DNA of 57,998 bases. It comes from Asterionella formosa. Lineage: Eukaryota. The first letter of the stretch is position 1. Every line of letters begins with the position of its first letter. Shown in pieces: positions 46,681 to 57,998 of the stretch. The notes under the pieces are model-generated. The model ran no database searches. It was not told the DNA's origin and was given only the letters and a program-made list of their open reading frames with translations. A program made the translations under genes and the position numbers. The DNA lies in NCBI GenBank assembly GCA_002256025.1, contig NKIB01013413.1, positions 1 through 57,998 of the forward strand, in the 5' to 3' direction.

Positions 46681-49600
46681 ATGGCGGTTATCGAGGATAC
46701 CGGAAACAATGATTCCAATGTGGTCGACGACGAAACGAGTCAGAATGTCTACGAGCGCGAGCAGGACGTTGAATGTGGCGACGAGAATGATGAAGCGGTC
46801 GACGAGAATGGATCGCACGACGAGGATAGTATTGATGGTGATGCAAGCGATGAAGATTCCAGCTCCGGGGATGGAGAAGGTTTGTCTGGCGACGACGATC
46901 CGCTACAGGAATACACTGACGAGCACGGCGTTTCTCAGATGTTGTCTGCTTACGAGATTCAACGTCTAGAGAGAATCAAAAGGAACAAGGCGTACTTATC
47001 TAGCTTGGGACTTGACAACGAAGCGCGCAAACCGAAAAAGGGAAAACAGTCAAGGGAGAGGAGGCGACACACTTTCGACCCTTCTGAACTCCGTTCCTCC
47101 TCCCGTCGAACTTCTCAATCACAGGTCAGCTACGCGGAAAACAATTTCAAGTGGAGTGAGTTTGGAAAGGGGTCAGAAATCAAACTTGGAATTCAGAAGT
47201 CTGCACCCGTGAAGGTAGAACGGAAATACAAGTACGAGAAAGAAAATCGAATGGACATTGGCATCTACAAGGAGTTTCAATTGATAATCTCCGAACGAAA
47301 ACAAAAGCTGAAACAAGCACAGAAGGATGTCCGACAAGCTGAAGTAGAATTGAAATACTTCGAAAAGAAGGCCACCATTCATGATCGAAAGCACCGACGT
47401 CGGCAAGAAACCAACGAGATCTTCTCCCAGATCCAAAAAGAGCGACGATACCTGGGAGGTTCGATCAAAGATATCTTGTGTGAAGTTGATAATCGAATGC
47501 CCGAGCTTATACATGCAATAAATGCTTTCGACCGAAGTTTTTTGACGCATAGCATGTTGCTGAAACATCAAGAGCAGAAGCGAGAGCACGAGAAAAAAAT
47601 GGAAATGATCGATGCTATCAATAGATTCCCCCGAGCTTTAAAGGTGAGATCCAGTAGGCATGTTGTGTATCGACTCTGCGCAATCTACTCACGTCGAAAT
47701 ACTCGTGTAGGATGCTCGCCGCGATTTGAATGTACTCCTGCTGGAACGTACACCAAAGGAGCCCCCACCACGACGCGGGGTTCGTCTTAGTCAGAGCGAT
47801 GCTCCGAACGACCCACTCAGATCTAACCAAGATTCCATAACTGGCGAGGTTCGCTCCGTTGCAGAAACAAAGTCGATTGTGAAAGAATGGGGAAAATTTG
47901 TCACATCAGTTGCAAACGAGAAGATCAAATCATTACCAGGAACAGTGATAAGCGCAGAGTTGAAGGTTGATCCAGCCGAAGTCGAACAAGTGGGGGTGAA
48001 GAAGAGGAAGAAAGGTCGCAATGTTGGAGGCTGGGTATCACCTGTTTTTTCTGAAGAGATTGATCGTTCATGGCTTGCAAGTGACAAGTTTACTCTAAAC
48101 TTCGAGCTTTCCAAATATGTACCGCAGATTGGTGACACCGTTTTGTAAGTATTTCGTGTTGATCGAACGCTGAATTTGATCATACTTACCTTACCCAGTA
48201 TATTTCACCTTCTCAGATACTATCCAAGCGGGCATCGAACGTTCCTTAAGAGTCACCCTGACCTTCTTGGAAAAATCCTGCAATCAAAATTGAGATTACC
48301 GCTCTGGGTGAGGGCCGAAAGAGAAAAGGCGAGAATTCCGAAGAAAGAATCCAAAAAGAAAGGAAACGACACAAACCTCGACGCAAAGGGCAACGATGCA
48401 AATGCTGCTGCTAACGCGGATGTCAAAGAAGGTGTTAAGTCTTCATGTACTTGGTGGAACGATGAGTGGCTTGAAGGCTTGAACGGAAATCTAGGGAATT
48501 ACCCCTTGGTTTGTGTAGTAAAGGATACCCTTATCGAGTTTCCTCCTGACCCGAATGCTGAGCATAAAGTTGTTACAGAGGATGGAAAAGGTGACATTCA
48601 AATTGTTTGGGAGGTCCCAGCTGAAGGACGCGAAAAAAATCGAAAAAAAATTCAGCCACCACTTTGTCTCGCAGTAACATTGAGAGCCTTAACACCTTTG
48701 CTCCCTCCGACGATGCCTAGCGGCCCTAATCGTGTTGAACTTTCTCCACCACCAAATTTCACAGCCGTTACGTTTCCCTCGAACGCTAATGTTCAACCAT
48801 TCCTAGTTCCCTTTTCATGGGCTTACAAGTTAACTCATTCCGTTAAAGTGGACGACAAGGTAAAAGTCGTAATCATGGGGAACCTAAGGGGCTCCATTGA
48901 GAATTTTTCAAACGTGAACGATCATGTTGGTAAATGTCGGTTTGAGGACCGGGTAGCGGACATCGCTGCGTTTCTTTCAAGCCTGAAGGCTGACTCTCAA
49001 GGGCCCCAAGTCGCCTTTTTAGATAAATCGTTACCGCAGCAACAGCAAAAATCCAACTCTCTTGTTTCTTTTCTGCCGTTAGCGGATACATACGCTGTAA
49101 TCGAGCGACTCACTTCATTTATGGATGCAAACTCTTTCAAACTGGAGATGTTGGACACACCAGTCCTGAGTCTGCATGAACATGCTTTAAGTGATCTCAT
49201 CCGCAGCACATTGCCTGTTTGGAATAGTGTATCTGTTCGACACGAAATGGTAAAGCGAGTATATGTCTCTCCTTGGAATCTCAGTCTAAGTGGGGTCGCA
49301 GCGAAAATTCAAGAGAAAGAATTCTATCAAGAGGTGACAGCGGACTTGGTAGCCGAAAATGGGTTGACTTACAACATTGACGAGCCCCTACGTGCCAAAA
49401 TTGAGTGTGCATTGGAGGACTTTATCAAGTCTGAGGACGACAGTGTTATTTTCAGGGATATGGTAACCGACGACATCGCACCGTGTTACAGCTGTGCCGT
49501 CCCCCTTGGTATGTGGTTCTCAAAAATACTGAGGAGGTTGGCAAATCAGAAGGCACAATGGGTTGCTCATCCTCGTTGCTACTACAGATCTGTGGAGAGC

Positions 49601-52600
49601 TTACTCAGTGACCTATCAACCATATTGGAGAACTGTCTCCTTTACAACAGTCCGGACTCCGATGTGGTGGATAAAGTGTACGAGATTATTCCTAATGTGA
49701 AGCGTCTCATTTCATCAATCGTATCAAAACACATGCGCGAAAAAGAATCACTTAACAAAGCAGGCAACGAAAGAAGAAAAGTTGTAGATTCTTCTGTGCG
49801 AGTGGAAACTCTTATTGGAGGTACATCAGACAAGGGTAAAGTGGCAAAGAAAAGAGGTCATGCTCCAAAGTTATGTTCCCTCGAGGGGCCTTATCCAGAA
49901 CGATTGAATCGTTCATGGATCGAAGTGACCGAAGCAGATGGTAGCTGGGTCCGTCGAGACGCAAACCCAGGTATGGCAAAGGTAAAGAATACTTTGCGAG
50001 GTAGAAACTGGATTCCGCAAAGCGGCGATTTCGTTCTTTATTCGAGGTTGCTTCATTCCAATTTTGTGAAGGGCCATCACGACGATCTTACATCCGACCA
50101 GTGTTCAATTCCGCAATTTCCCGAGATGATGAGCAGTGGGCAGGACTTTACGCCCAAAACTGCCGACGAATTCCAAGATTACAATAAAAACAAGCTTTCG
50201 AAACAAATTCAATCTCACTGGCTTGTCGGTAAAGTCATGTGGGTTCGAGCAGTATTCCCCCGAGTTCCAGGAAGGGATCGCATTGACGCAGCTACTTTCC
50301 GTGAAAGGAGTCCATTTCTTGCCTTGGGAATAACTTTCTGCTTCCCATGGGGTGATGCAAAGCAAACCCGTATTGTTTATTGGAGACCGTGCACTCTCCC
50401 GTCGTATATTGGCAACACAGTGACTAGCGAGAAAGAATCTGGGAATGTTTGTGAAAGCTGTGGGTGTGACAACTACTTTTCATTTGTTTATCCTGCTTGG
50501 CATTACAACCCAACGGAAGGAAACCCAGAATCGTCATTCTTGGACAATCCTATACTTCTCTCGACCTGGAATTTATCATATTTCTCCCCACCAATGGGCA
50601 TCCCCAAAGACGACATTGCTTCCATCGATCGATGTTTGAATATCTTAAAAGGTCGCTGCCTTGGCAAAATTGCTCCTGACTATGTCGATCCCAATTTTTC
50701 CGTTGCCAATGTTAAAGCAGGTTGGTATCCAACTGCCAGAATGGGACCTGTATTACCTACTTTTGAAAGTTTGCTCGAAATCGACGGCTTTGACGATTTA
50801 GATCGATCAATAAGTCAAAAGAAATTAGCCACAGACCACAATTGGAGCATCCAGGATGAAGAAGCCAATGCTGTACATATCCTTGCAGATACACATTTTT
50901 TGCCTCCGCTTGTGGTTGTTCCAGCAAAGCAGAACGATGAATTGACGGAAATACCAGCGCAAAGAGTAAAAGTAATTTCTCCGAAATATGAAGAAATTAT
51001 GTGCCCAGTGCCGAAGCTGTGCTTGGAGCTGATACAGCTTCGTTTACGCAGTGGATACTACCGCTCTCGGAGTGGAATTATAGATGATATTCAAGAGGCG
51101 TATGTACACTCATCGCTCCTTGTTCTATCGAAGCCCATCACCAAGAAGTTTGGTCTTCCATTTTCATTGCGCCGAATCGCAAATGCCTTGTGTGCCTCAG
51201 ACAGTGAAATCCCAACCAACAAGCGGAAACCGATGGAGTCGTTACCGCCCATGGCAGAATCGATTATAAAACTCCAGCGCAAAGGAAAAAAGTCGATCAC
51301 TGCACCTGCCGAGCAAACCTCTGCAATGAACGTACCTCCTCTTCCCAAATCGCCGAAAAAAGCTTCAAACGGAGCAGGAGTTGAATTCAACAAAGTGCTA
51401 GGGAAACTAAAAACAAATGGTTTGTCAGGCGAGGAAATGCAATTGTTTAAAAGAATTGAAAGTGCGAAAAGTCTTTATGCTACTGCCTTAGTATGTGCTT
51501 CTGAGACAACCCATGTCGAAAGAGTTTTTGGAACATCTCCGAAACAAAACCCGGCCACAACCAATGCTGTGCCATCGAAGGAATTTCTCGACAAGCAGGA
51601 ACGATTTCATACGGCAAGAATTAAGCTTGGTCTACTCCTTGTTGCTGTGGGCAAGGAACATAGTTGCAACCGCATGAAGGGGCTGTCGACGGAACTACCA
51701 CAATTTACGATAAAGGTTTCTGGATGTAATATAATATTGGACGGCGATGTCAACATGGCAAAGCCCTTCATCTTTGAGCCTTCAGACTACGTGAACTGCA
51801 AAGACCTCATCAAGCTATTCTTCGGTAAACCCGGAAGAAGTGGTGCATGCGCGCGTTGTCAAGCACGTAGGCGCTCAATGCTAGCATGCAGAGTGCAACG
51901 GGGGCACTCATGTCCAGATTTTAATTGGATGGAAGATTTTCGAGGCTTCGGCGGTATTGACGGCATGCTTCATACGTTGAGAACTGGCCAACCATATATT
52001 ATTCCACAAATCTTTACTCCTCCCCAGAAAATTGTCGAAACTGAAGAGAATAAAAAGGAGGCAGTGACGAAAGATGAGGAGAACGGCGATATTGAAAGAG
52101 AAATTTCAAAAGATAACACCGAAGGTGATCCGTTTGACAACCTTGAAAAGGCTCAGCGTGCTGTTCTTTTATCACAAGAGATTCTTGAGATTGCAACAAA
52201 TGAAGCAAGCATGCCACCGAAACTGAGCGAAGCATTCATAAGGTCTTACTTTCTTATTGATCCGGCAGATGGCAAATACACAACGTGTGTGGTGTGCGGT
52301 CTCATCGGAGATGTCATGTGCTGCGAATTACATGACTGTCCCGTTGTCGTTCACCCAAAGTGCGTTGGTCTCGAGGAAGCCCCCGAAAACGAGTGGTTCT
52401 GTGCGAAGTGCGCTTCGATTCCGAAGTTGCAACCTGAAGATGAAGACAAGCAAGGTTCAATGGCCATCGAAGCGATTGAGAAGGATTCAGACGATCTAGT
52501 TTTGAGGAGGGATATAGAATCAAAAGGGGCTACGTCCTCCCTGGCCATCAAGCCTCTGTATGACCCAGCAGTAGAAGAAGAAAGGAAAACGAAAGAATTT

Positions 52601-53563
52601 GAAGAGCTTACTAATGAGCTACATGTCTTACTCGACGAGTTGAAAGCAAAACGCTACATATCAAAACCTAAAGGAATTGACGGAATAAAGGTGACCCATG
52701 ATGACAATGCTAAATGCATTGAAGGTAATTACAACAAAGAAAAGAAATCATCATCTGCAGTGATCACTAAGGAGGTCGATAATGCCGTCGATAACAATGC
52801 AGCGATCCTGATCACGAAAAATGAGGACGATAACGGCTCGTCCGTTAAGCCAGTCATTGTGCGAGCGACTTGTAGCGAATGGAACGAAATTGCTGTTGGT
52901 TCCAAAATCACAAAGAATTTTGGTGACTTAGGTGACTTCACAGGTACAATCCAGAAATTGGCGAGCTCGGAAAACCCTTACTACCGTGTTTGCTACGAAG
53001 ATGGCGACGAAGAAGACTTGTCTGAAGACGAGGTTCAGGACCTGCTTGTCCTCTCGACTCGAGGGAAAGTGAGGAAACGAGATCGTCACGGCATGCCCCT
53101 CTGTGGTCGATCGCAGAGACCCCAAGGGCTTGACTCGTCAAACGAGAGCAGTGATGATGACAAGGATGCGGGGCAGTCTCGCCCGTCTCCTGCCACTCTC
53201 TCGAATGCTCGTGGACGAAGGCGACAACGAGGAAAGGGCTTGGCTGTCACTGCAATTGTGCGAAGATCTCCAGAAAATAATCTTAGTGAGAAACAATCGA
53301 CAGGGGGAATTCTGAACCAAGTCAGTGAGAACATGCTGGTGACAAGGAACGGCATAGCAGCGGAGAACGTTGGACCTGGTAGCCAAGGTCCGACAGGGAC
53401 AAAGCGGAAGAGGGGAAGGCCGAGGAAAGATTCGAGCAAGAATATTGGCCCATCATCTAGTTGCCTTGGGAAGAGGGGATCGCCAATTGACGTCATGAAG
53501 GATGACGAAGCAACAGCTTCGGGTCATTCACCAGATAGAAAGCGAGGACGTAATTACAGTTGA
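46681..53563 (+). CDS. Large chromatin reader: two BRWD/PHIP-like ancillary-domain plus bromodomain modules, PHD finger, Tudor-like domain and AT-hook; exons 46681-47643, 47711-48144 and 48217-53563
   Basis: Spliced YVPQIGDTVLYYPSGH and WIPQSGDFVLY. Bromodomain YYRSVESLLSDLSTILENCLLYNSPDS and degenerate LRLRSGYYRS. PHD CVVC..CELHDC..HPKC..WFCAKC. Tudor-like YRVCYEDGDEEDL and AT-hook KRKRGRPRK. Both introns are GT-AG and phase-compatible. Confidence 0.85.
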
Positions 53564-53836
53564 GCCTTATTCTAAGCGTTCAGCTACTCGGGTTCACTTC
53601 GTTAGTTTTCTCCAAGTTCCTATCCCTTACGGGAAGAAAAAATGCCTCTAAGGTAGAATATTAGTTTGCCATTCTCTTGTCGCATCTGAATGTACTGCGT
53701 TTACGAGTACTCAATTGCCTTCGTTGACATCAGTAAAAACGCATGCTAGCTAAAAAATGGACCCCAAAATCGGAGAAGCGTCAATTAAATTACTTGTTCA
53801 TAACCTCGCCGGAATCTACATTGATGTCCAAGTCAC

Positions 53837-54715
53837 TTAGTCCTTTTTGGTTGCCGTCTTGGTCATCGTTTTCGCCTTTGATGGGACAGGCTTCTTGAGG
53901 GGTCCGATCGGCATGCTGATTCCCCAAACGGTTCCTCCAGCGTAGACAGCATATAGTGTGCTTGCAAAAATAGCAGCAAGACCGGGGGCAACCCAATACA
54001 CAATGTAATGATCCATGTCAGAGGGGAATGTATAAGACTTATCGACTCCGAATACATTCCACGTGGTTGCTAACATGGGATTGATGGCGGGGCCAGCAGT
54101 GGGGAATAACTCGATCAAAGCTCGAATCCCTATAGCAGTCAGACTTTGCTTGATCCAGTAGTGGTACGTTCCAAAATCAATCTCCCAGTTGACAGTGTAG
54201 ATCAAGAACAAAAGTCCCACCATGGCACTAAACTCGGACAAAAAGGCGTCCACAGCGTGATCGGTTCCATCCTTGAGGCTGAACTCTGGACCTCCGAATG
54301 GAGTCCATCCCATCGACATGGACACCGCATGGAACAACGGAAATGCGACCAGTCCCCCTCCCATTTGGGCAGCGACGCGAACGTAGGCCTCAGTGTAAGA
54401 GCACTTTCCGAGGCACCACATGGAAAGAGTGCAAGCAGGGTTTACATGAGGCCCGCCTCCGATGTAGTCGGCAGCCACCACGCCGATGAAGTGACTTGTC
54501 CACGCCAACATCATGCTGTTCTCTCCGAACCACTTGCCTGCCGAAAACGTGAAGGCGATCATGCGGATAGTACCGATGAATTCCTGACGGAATGCCCTGA
54601 GGTACTTTCCGTCATCGATGAAGGCGGAGGCAGCGAAAACAAGCAAACAAGGCGGAACGATGTTCACAGTTTCCTTTGTGAAAGATGAGATCAATTCGAC
54701 AACAGCCTGAACCAT
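53837..54715 (-). CDS. Aquaporin (MIP family) of the heterokont LIP type, with NPA/NPM boxes
   Basis: GGPHVNPA and GPAINPM, six hydrophobic segments, YIVYWVAP. Confidence 0.92.
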   Translation of the reverse strand: MVQAVVELISSFTKETVNIVPPCLLVFAASAFIDDGKYLRAFRQEFIGTIRMIAFTFSAGKWFGENSMMLAWTSHFIGVVAADYIGGGPHVNPACTLSMWCLGKCSYTEAYVRVAAQMGGGLVAFPLFHAVSMSMGWTPFGGPEFSLKDGTDHAVDAFLSEFSAMVGLLFLIYTVNWEIDFGTYHYWIKQSLTAIGIRALIELFPTAGPAINPMLATTWNVFGVDKSYTFPSDMDHYIVYWVAPGLAAIFASTLYAVYAGGTVWGISMPIGPLKKPVPSKAKTMTKTATKKD

Positions 54716-54934
54716 GATTGAATGATAGTGGTTGATAATAAGATTGAAATACGAAGCAACTGCTGTATCGGTGTGTTGGCGCCGAACAGGGGAAGATCAG
54801 TGAGATAAGGGGAGTTAGATTTGCAGCCAACTTCAATTCTTTGCCAAACAGCTCTCAGCATCAAGCAAGCAAAAGGATTTTAACGTTTTGTACGATTTGC
54901 GTGGTGTCATACTTTTATTTTATAGTTGTTACAA

Positions 54935-55441
54935 NNNNNNNNNNNNNNNNNNNNNNNNNNNNNNNNNNNNNNNNNNNNNNNNNNNNNNNNNNNNNNNNNN
55001 NNNNNNNNNNNNNNNNNNNNNNNNNNNNNNNNNNNNNNNNNNNNNNNNNNNNNNNNNNNNNNNNNNNNNNNNNNNNNNNNNNNNNNNNNNNNNNNNNNNN
55101 NNNNNNNNNNNNNNNNNNNNNNNNNNNNNNNNNNNNNNNNNNNNNNNNNNNNNNNNNNNNNNNNNNNNNNNNNNNNNNNNNNNNNNNNNNNNNNNNNNNN
55201 NNNNNNNNNNNNNNNNNNNNNNNNNNNNNNNNNNNNNNNNNNNNNNNNNNNNNNNNNNNNNNNNNNNNNNNNNNNNNNNNNNNNNNNNNNNNNNNNNNNN
55301 NNNNNNNNNNNNNNNNNNNNNNNNNNNNNNNNNNNNNNNNNNNNNNNNNNNNNNNNNNNNNNNNNNNNNNNNNNNNNNNNNNNNNNNNNNNNNNNNNNNN
55401 NNNNNNNNNNNNNNNNNNNNNNNNNNNNNNNNNNNNNNNNN
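54935..55441. other. Assembly gap
   Basis: Run of N. Confidence 1.
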
Positions 55442-56565
55442 ACCGTAGTTGCATCGATTTTCCGAACCCCACCCCAGCCACGTGCCGAGGGTGGAAATAT
55501 GGGGCGAATACGTTAACAGACGTGATTCTATCTACTACATTTTGCTTTGGTGAGAAATTCTGCTCATTTTCAGCGCTGACGTCAGTTCCCCTTTACCGTA
55601 CCAGCTTGCATTTGAAACGCGTATTTTCTGCGGAACTGTCAGCAGCGTGGTGAGACTTTTCGATCCAAAAACGTGTACCATCGTAGGATTCAAGTAGGCA
55701 GACACGAAATGAATGATTTTGAATATATTGATTTGTAGCGTACAGTATAGCGTACACCGTAATATTCATTGTCCTGCACATAAATGATGAAGTCAGCGGA
55801 CGATTTGATCAGCGGCTAGGAAATCATGCTCAAAAGGTTATGAGCTTGGATTTCCAGTGGTTACAAGTGGCGGCTGGTTACTACCCTAATAAAGCACCTA
55901 GTAAACGTTTTTCTCTGTGTCCGGTGACATATGGATTCATCGTGATTTGCATTACAGCTGTTCATCTACTGAATTCGTTATCCTTTACTAAGGTACCACG
56001 ACTACGGACATAAGCAATAGAAAATACTGGTAATCCTTGTTGCAAGAATTATCAGTAATGGTGCTTCGTACGTATTTGATGTTGTAAATGGCTGTTCTAC
56101 TAAGAACCCTTCATATTTATTATTTGGAGCTCGGAGTACTCCGTAGTACGTACCCGTAGAGCTGCCAGTTAGAGTATCGCATGGAAGGTCCGCTAGTGCA
56201 CGTTTAATGCGCACTTTTTCAGTTTTGAAAACACTCCCAATGATTTGTCCCAAGCCTGCTGGAAGGGTTAGGCTGGCTTTCCATTCCAAACTCTATAAAG
56301 TAGCTTTCTTTGGTAAATCCAAGTCATCTTCTGATCATAGAAATCGTGTTCAACTACTTCTACAGGAAGGTCCAGTAATCAGCAGATTGCGTGCACTATA
56401 TACTAAAAATTCCACAAAGCGGTTTCAACCTACTTCATTGGAAGTCTGTCCAGCTCACCAATTCCGAAATGATGAAAATCTCAAATTATTTCAATATATT
56501 TAGATTACCTGTAACCATTATAAACTTTCAAACGGAAAAGCGCTGCCACCTTTCACCGCAGAATC

Positions 56566-56683
56566 GCTGACTACCAACTTCAACTTGCTGACTGCGGACT
56601 TCTTGTTGCTAACTGGTGACTTGATTTGCTGAAAATTTGAAATATTCGCTGACTGCTCACTTCGTTTGCTGACTGCGAACTTC
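56566..56683. repeat. GCTGACTG-subrepeat block, copy 1
   Basis: Subunits of about 20 nt built on GCTGACTG(C)..ACTT. Shares TGACTTGATTTGCTGAAAATTTGAAA with copy 2. Confidence 0.85.
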
Positions 56684-56993
56684 AATATGATGACGTCAAA
56701 CAAGCTACTTTGTACATAGGAAGAGACCAACTACCATTACCGGTGTACAAATCGTGTCTACTGTTCATATTAGAATAATGATGGAAACGCATCATCTTTT
56801 TGTTGTTGGGATACTAAAAGCGATGCCTTCTACGTTCATACGATACTATTGGGAGTAACATAGACATACCTGGCTGGTACCTGGTACTCCGTACATGATA
56901 ATAAACTGTGAAATCGACATTGATGCCTAAAAAATTCATTGCAATCTACTTCGTGATATTGCTACCACCATGTACCGGTACTATCGTAAAAAT

Positions 56994-57111
56994 GCTGACT
57001 TCAACTTGCTAACTACTGACTGCGGACTTCGTTTCGCTGACTGCTGACTTGATTTGCTGAAAATTTGAAAAAATCGCTGACTGCTGACATGAAATCGCTG
57101 ACTGCTGACTT
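56994..57111. repeat. GCTGACTG-subrepeat block, copy 2
   Basis: Direct repeat of 56566-56683, about 430 bp downstream. Confidence 0.85.
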
Positions 57112-57998
57112 AAAGTTCATTTTGACAATAAAACGAGTAACGGCGTAATGTCTATGTAAACGTCTATTTAAAGAATATCGTAGTGGCGCAAAATTTAGGG
57201 GTTCGACAATTTTTGGGGTATACCCCTTCCTTTTCTTGTACGTGAATCGATGAACAGAAAGCGAGCAACCTGCACGCTATGTGCGCTGATTCCCAGAACT
57301 TCCAGGTGATAGTATTCAGGAACTGGAAGACGGTTTGGTTATAGAACTAGAGTTCAAAAATCCCTCAGTAACTTCTATTCATAGTTAGCAAATTCTATTC
57401 TATTCTATTCAGCAAGTTCTAGTCGTTGTCAGAAAATTTCTAGTCATATGTAGTCATCAACTGAATCAGTTCTTGTAAACAGTCATTTTGAAAATATCAA
57501 TGGACTATTAATTGATATATGGTTAAATAGAGAATCAAACAAACTTTGATTTGACCTACAGATAACCGTAGTGTAGCGTGTTGCATGCTGTGAAAGTGTT
57601 AAATCTCAGCTGTCCTAACTTGCTTTGTTGCTTTGAATTGTGCGTCATTGCTCTAAACTACGTAAAGCAACGTGCCATCCTCAACTTCTTCAATTTCCTT
57701 TGTCAATATAAATGTTATTACAATTATTTTTATGATTGTATTATTGATGTTGTGTTTAGATTTAGTTACCAAATAGCATAGCGTCGTTTTCATTTTCCAT
57801 GGAGAAATTCGTTATTTTCGTCATGGTCAAGGCGGAGATGGCATGATGCAGGTTTCTCCAGCCGCTTACAACAACTACACTGTAGCGATTTTTATACATA
57901 AACAAATCACAAGAACTAAGCTGAATGATTAAATAATATCGTCTACAAGGACTACCTGGAACCTGAGCATATATCCTATGTGTGTACCGGTAGCCATA

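Noticed and set aside
56566..57111. CRISPR-like array
   Set aside because: Eukaryotic context, degenerate repeats without unique spacers, and no cas genes.

Overview
Eukaryotic DNA, very probably from a diatom (compact genes with short GT-AG introns, an NPA/NPM-type aquaporin, TTAGGG repeats, a stramenopile-type Crypton relic). Two gene-dense islands (about 0.3-27.2 kb and 46.7-54.7 kb) flank a ~19 kb AT-rich region of decayed mobile DNA, and there are two N-gaps. Gene models reconstructed by eye: eIF5A, panB, a cNMP-dependent (PKG-like) kinase, TIM22, cytosolic HSP70, a PAS-LRR-receiver protein, a CUE protein, an unknown mitochondrial-type protein, an EGF/Ig-like type I membrane protein, a PNRC/Edc1-like protein, a large BRWD-like bromo/PHD/Tudor/AT-hook protein and a LIP-type aquaporin. 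The most striking unexplained signal is non-coding. A ~95-bp TA-flanked MITE with CC...CAGG ends occurs twice, each just upstream of a signalling gene. Upstream regions are also packed with stacked TA-CCTGG-TA, TA-CCAGG-TA and TA-CCGG-TA words, which are what this element's ends would leave as excision footprints. One such word appears as an insertion in one copy of a tandem repeat. All family assignments come from recalled motifs, not from searches.
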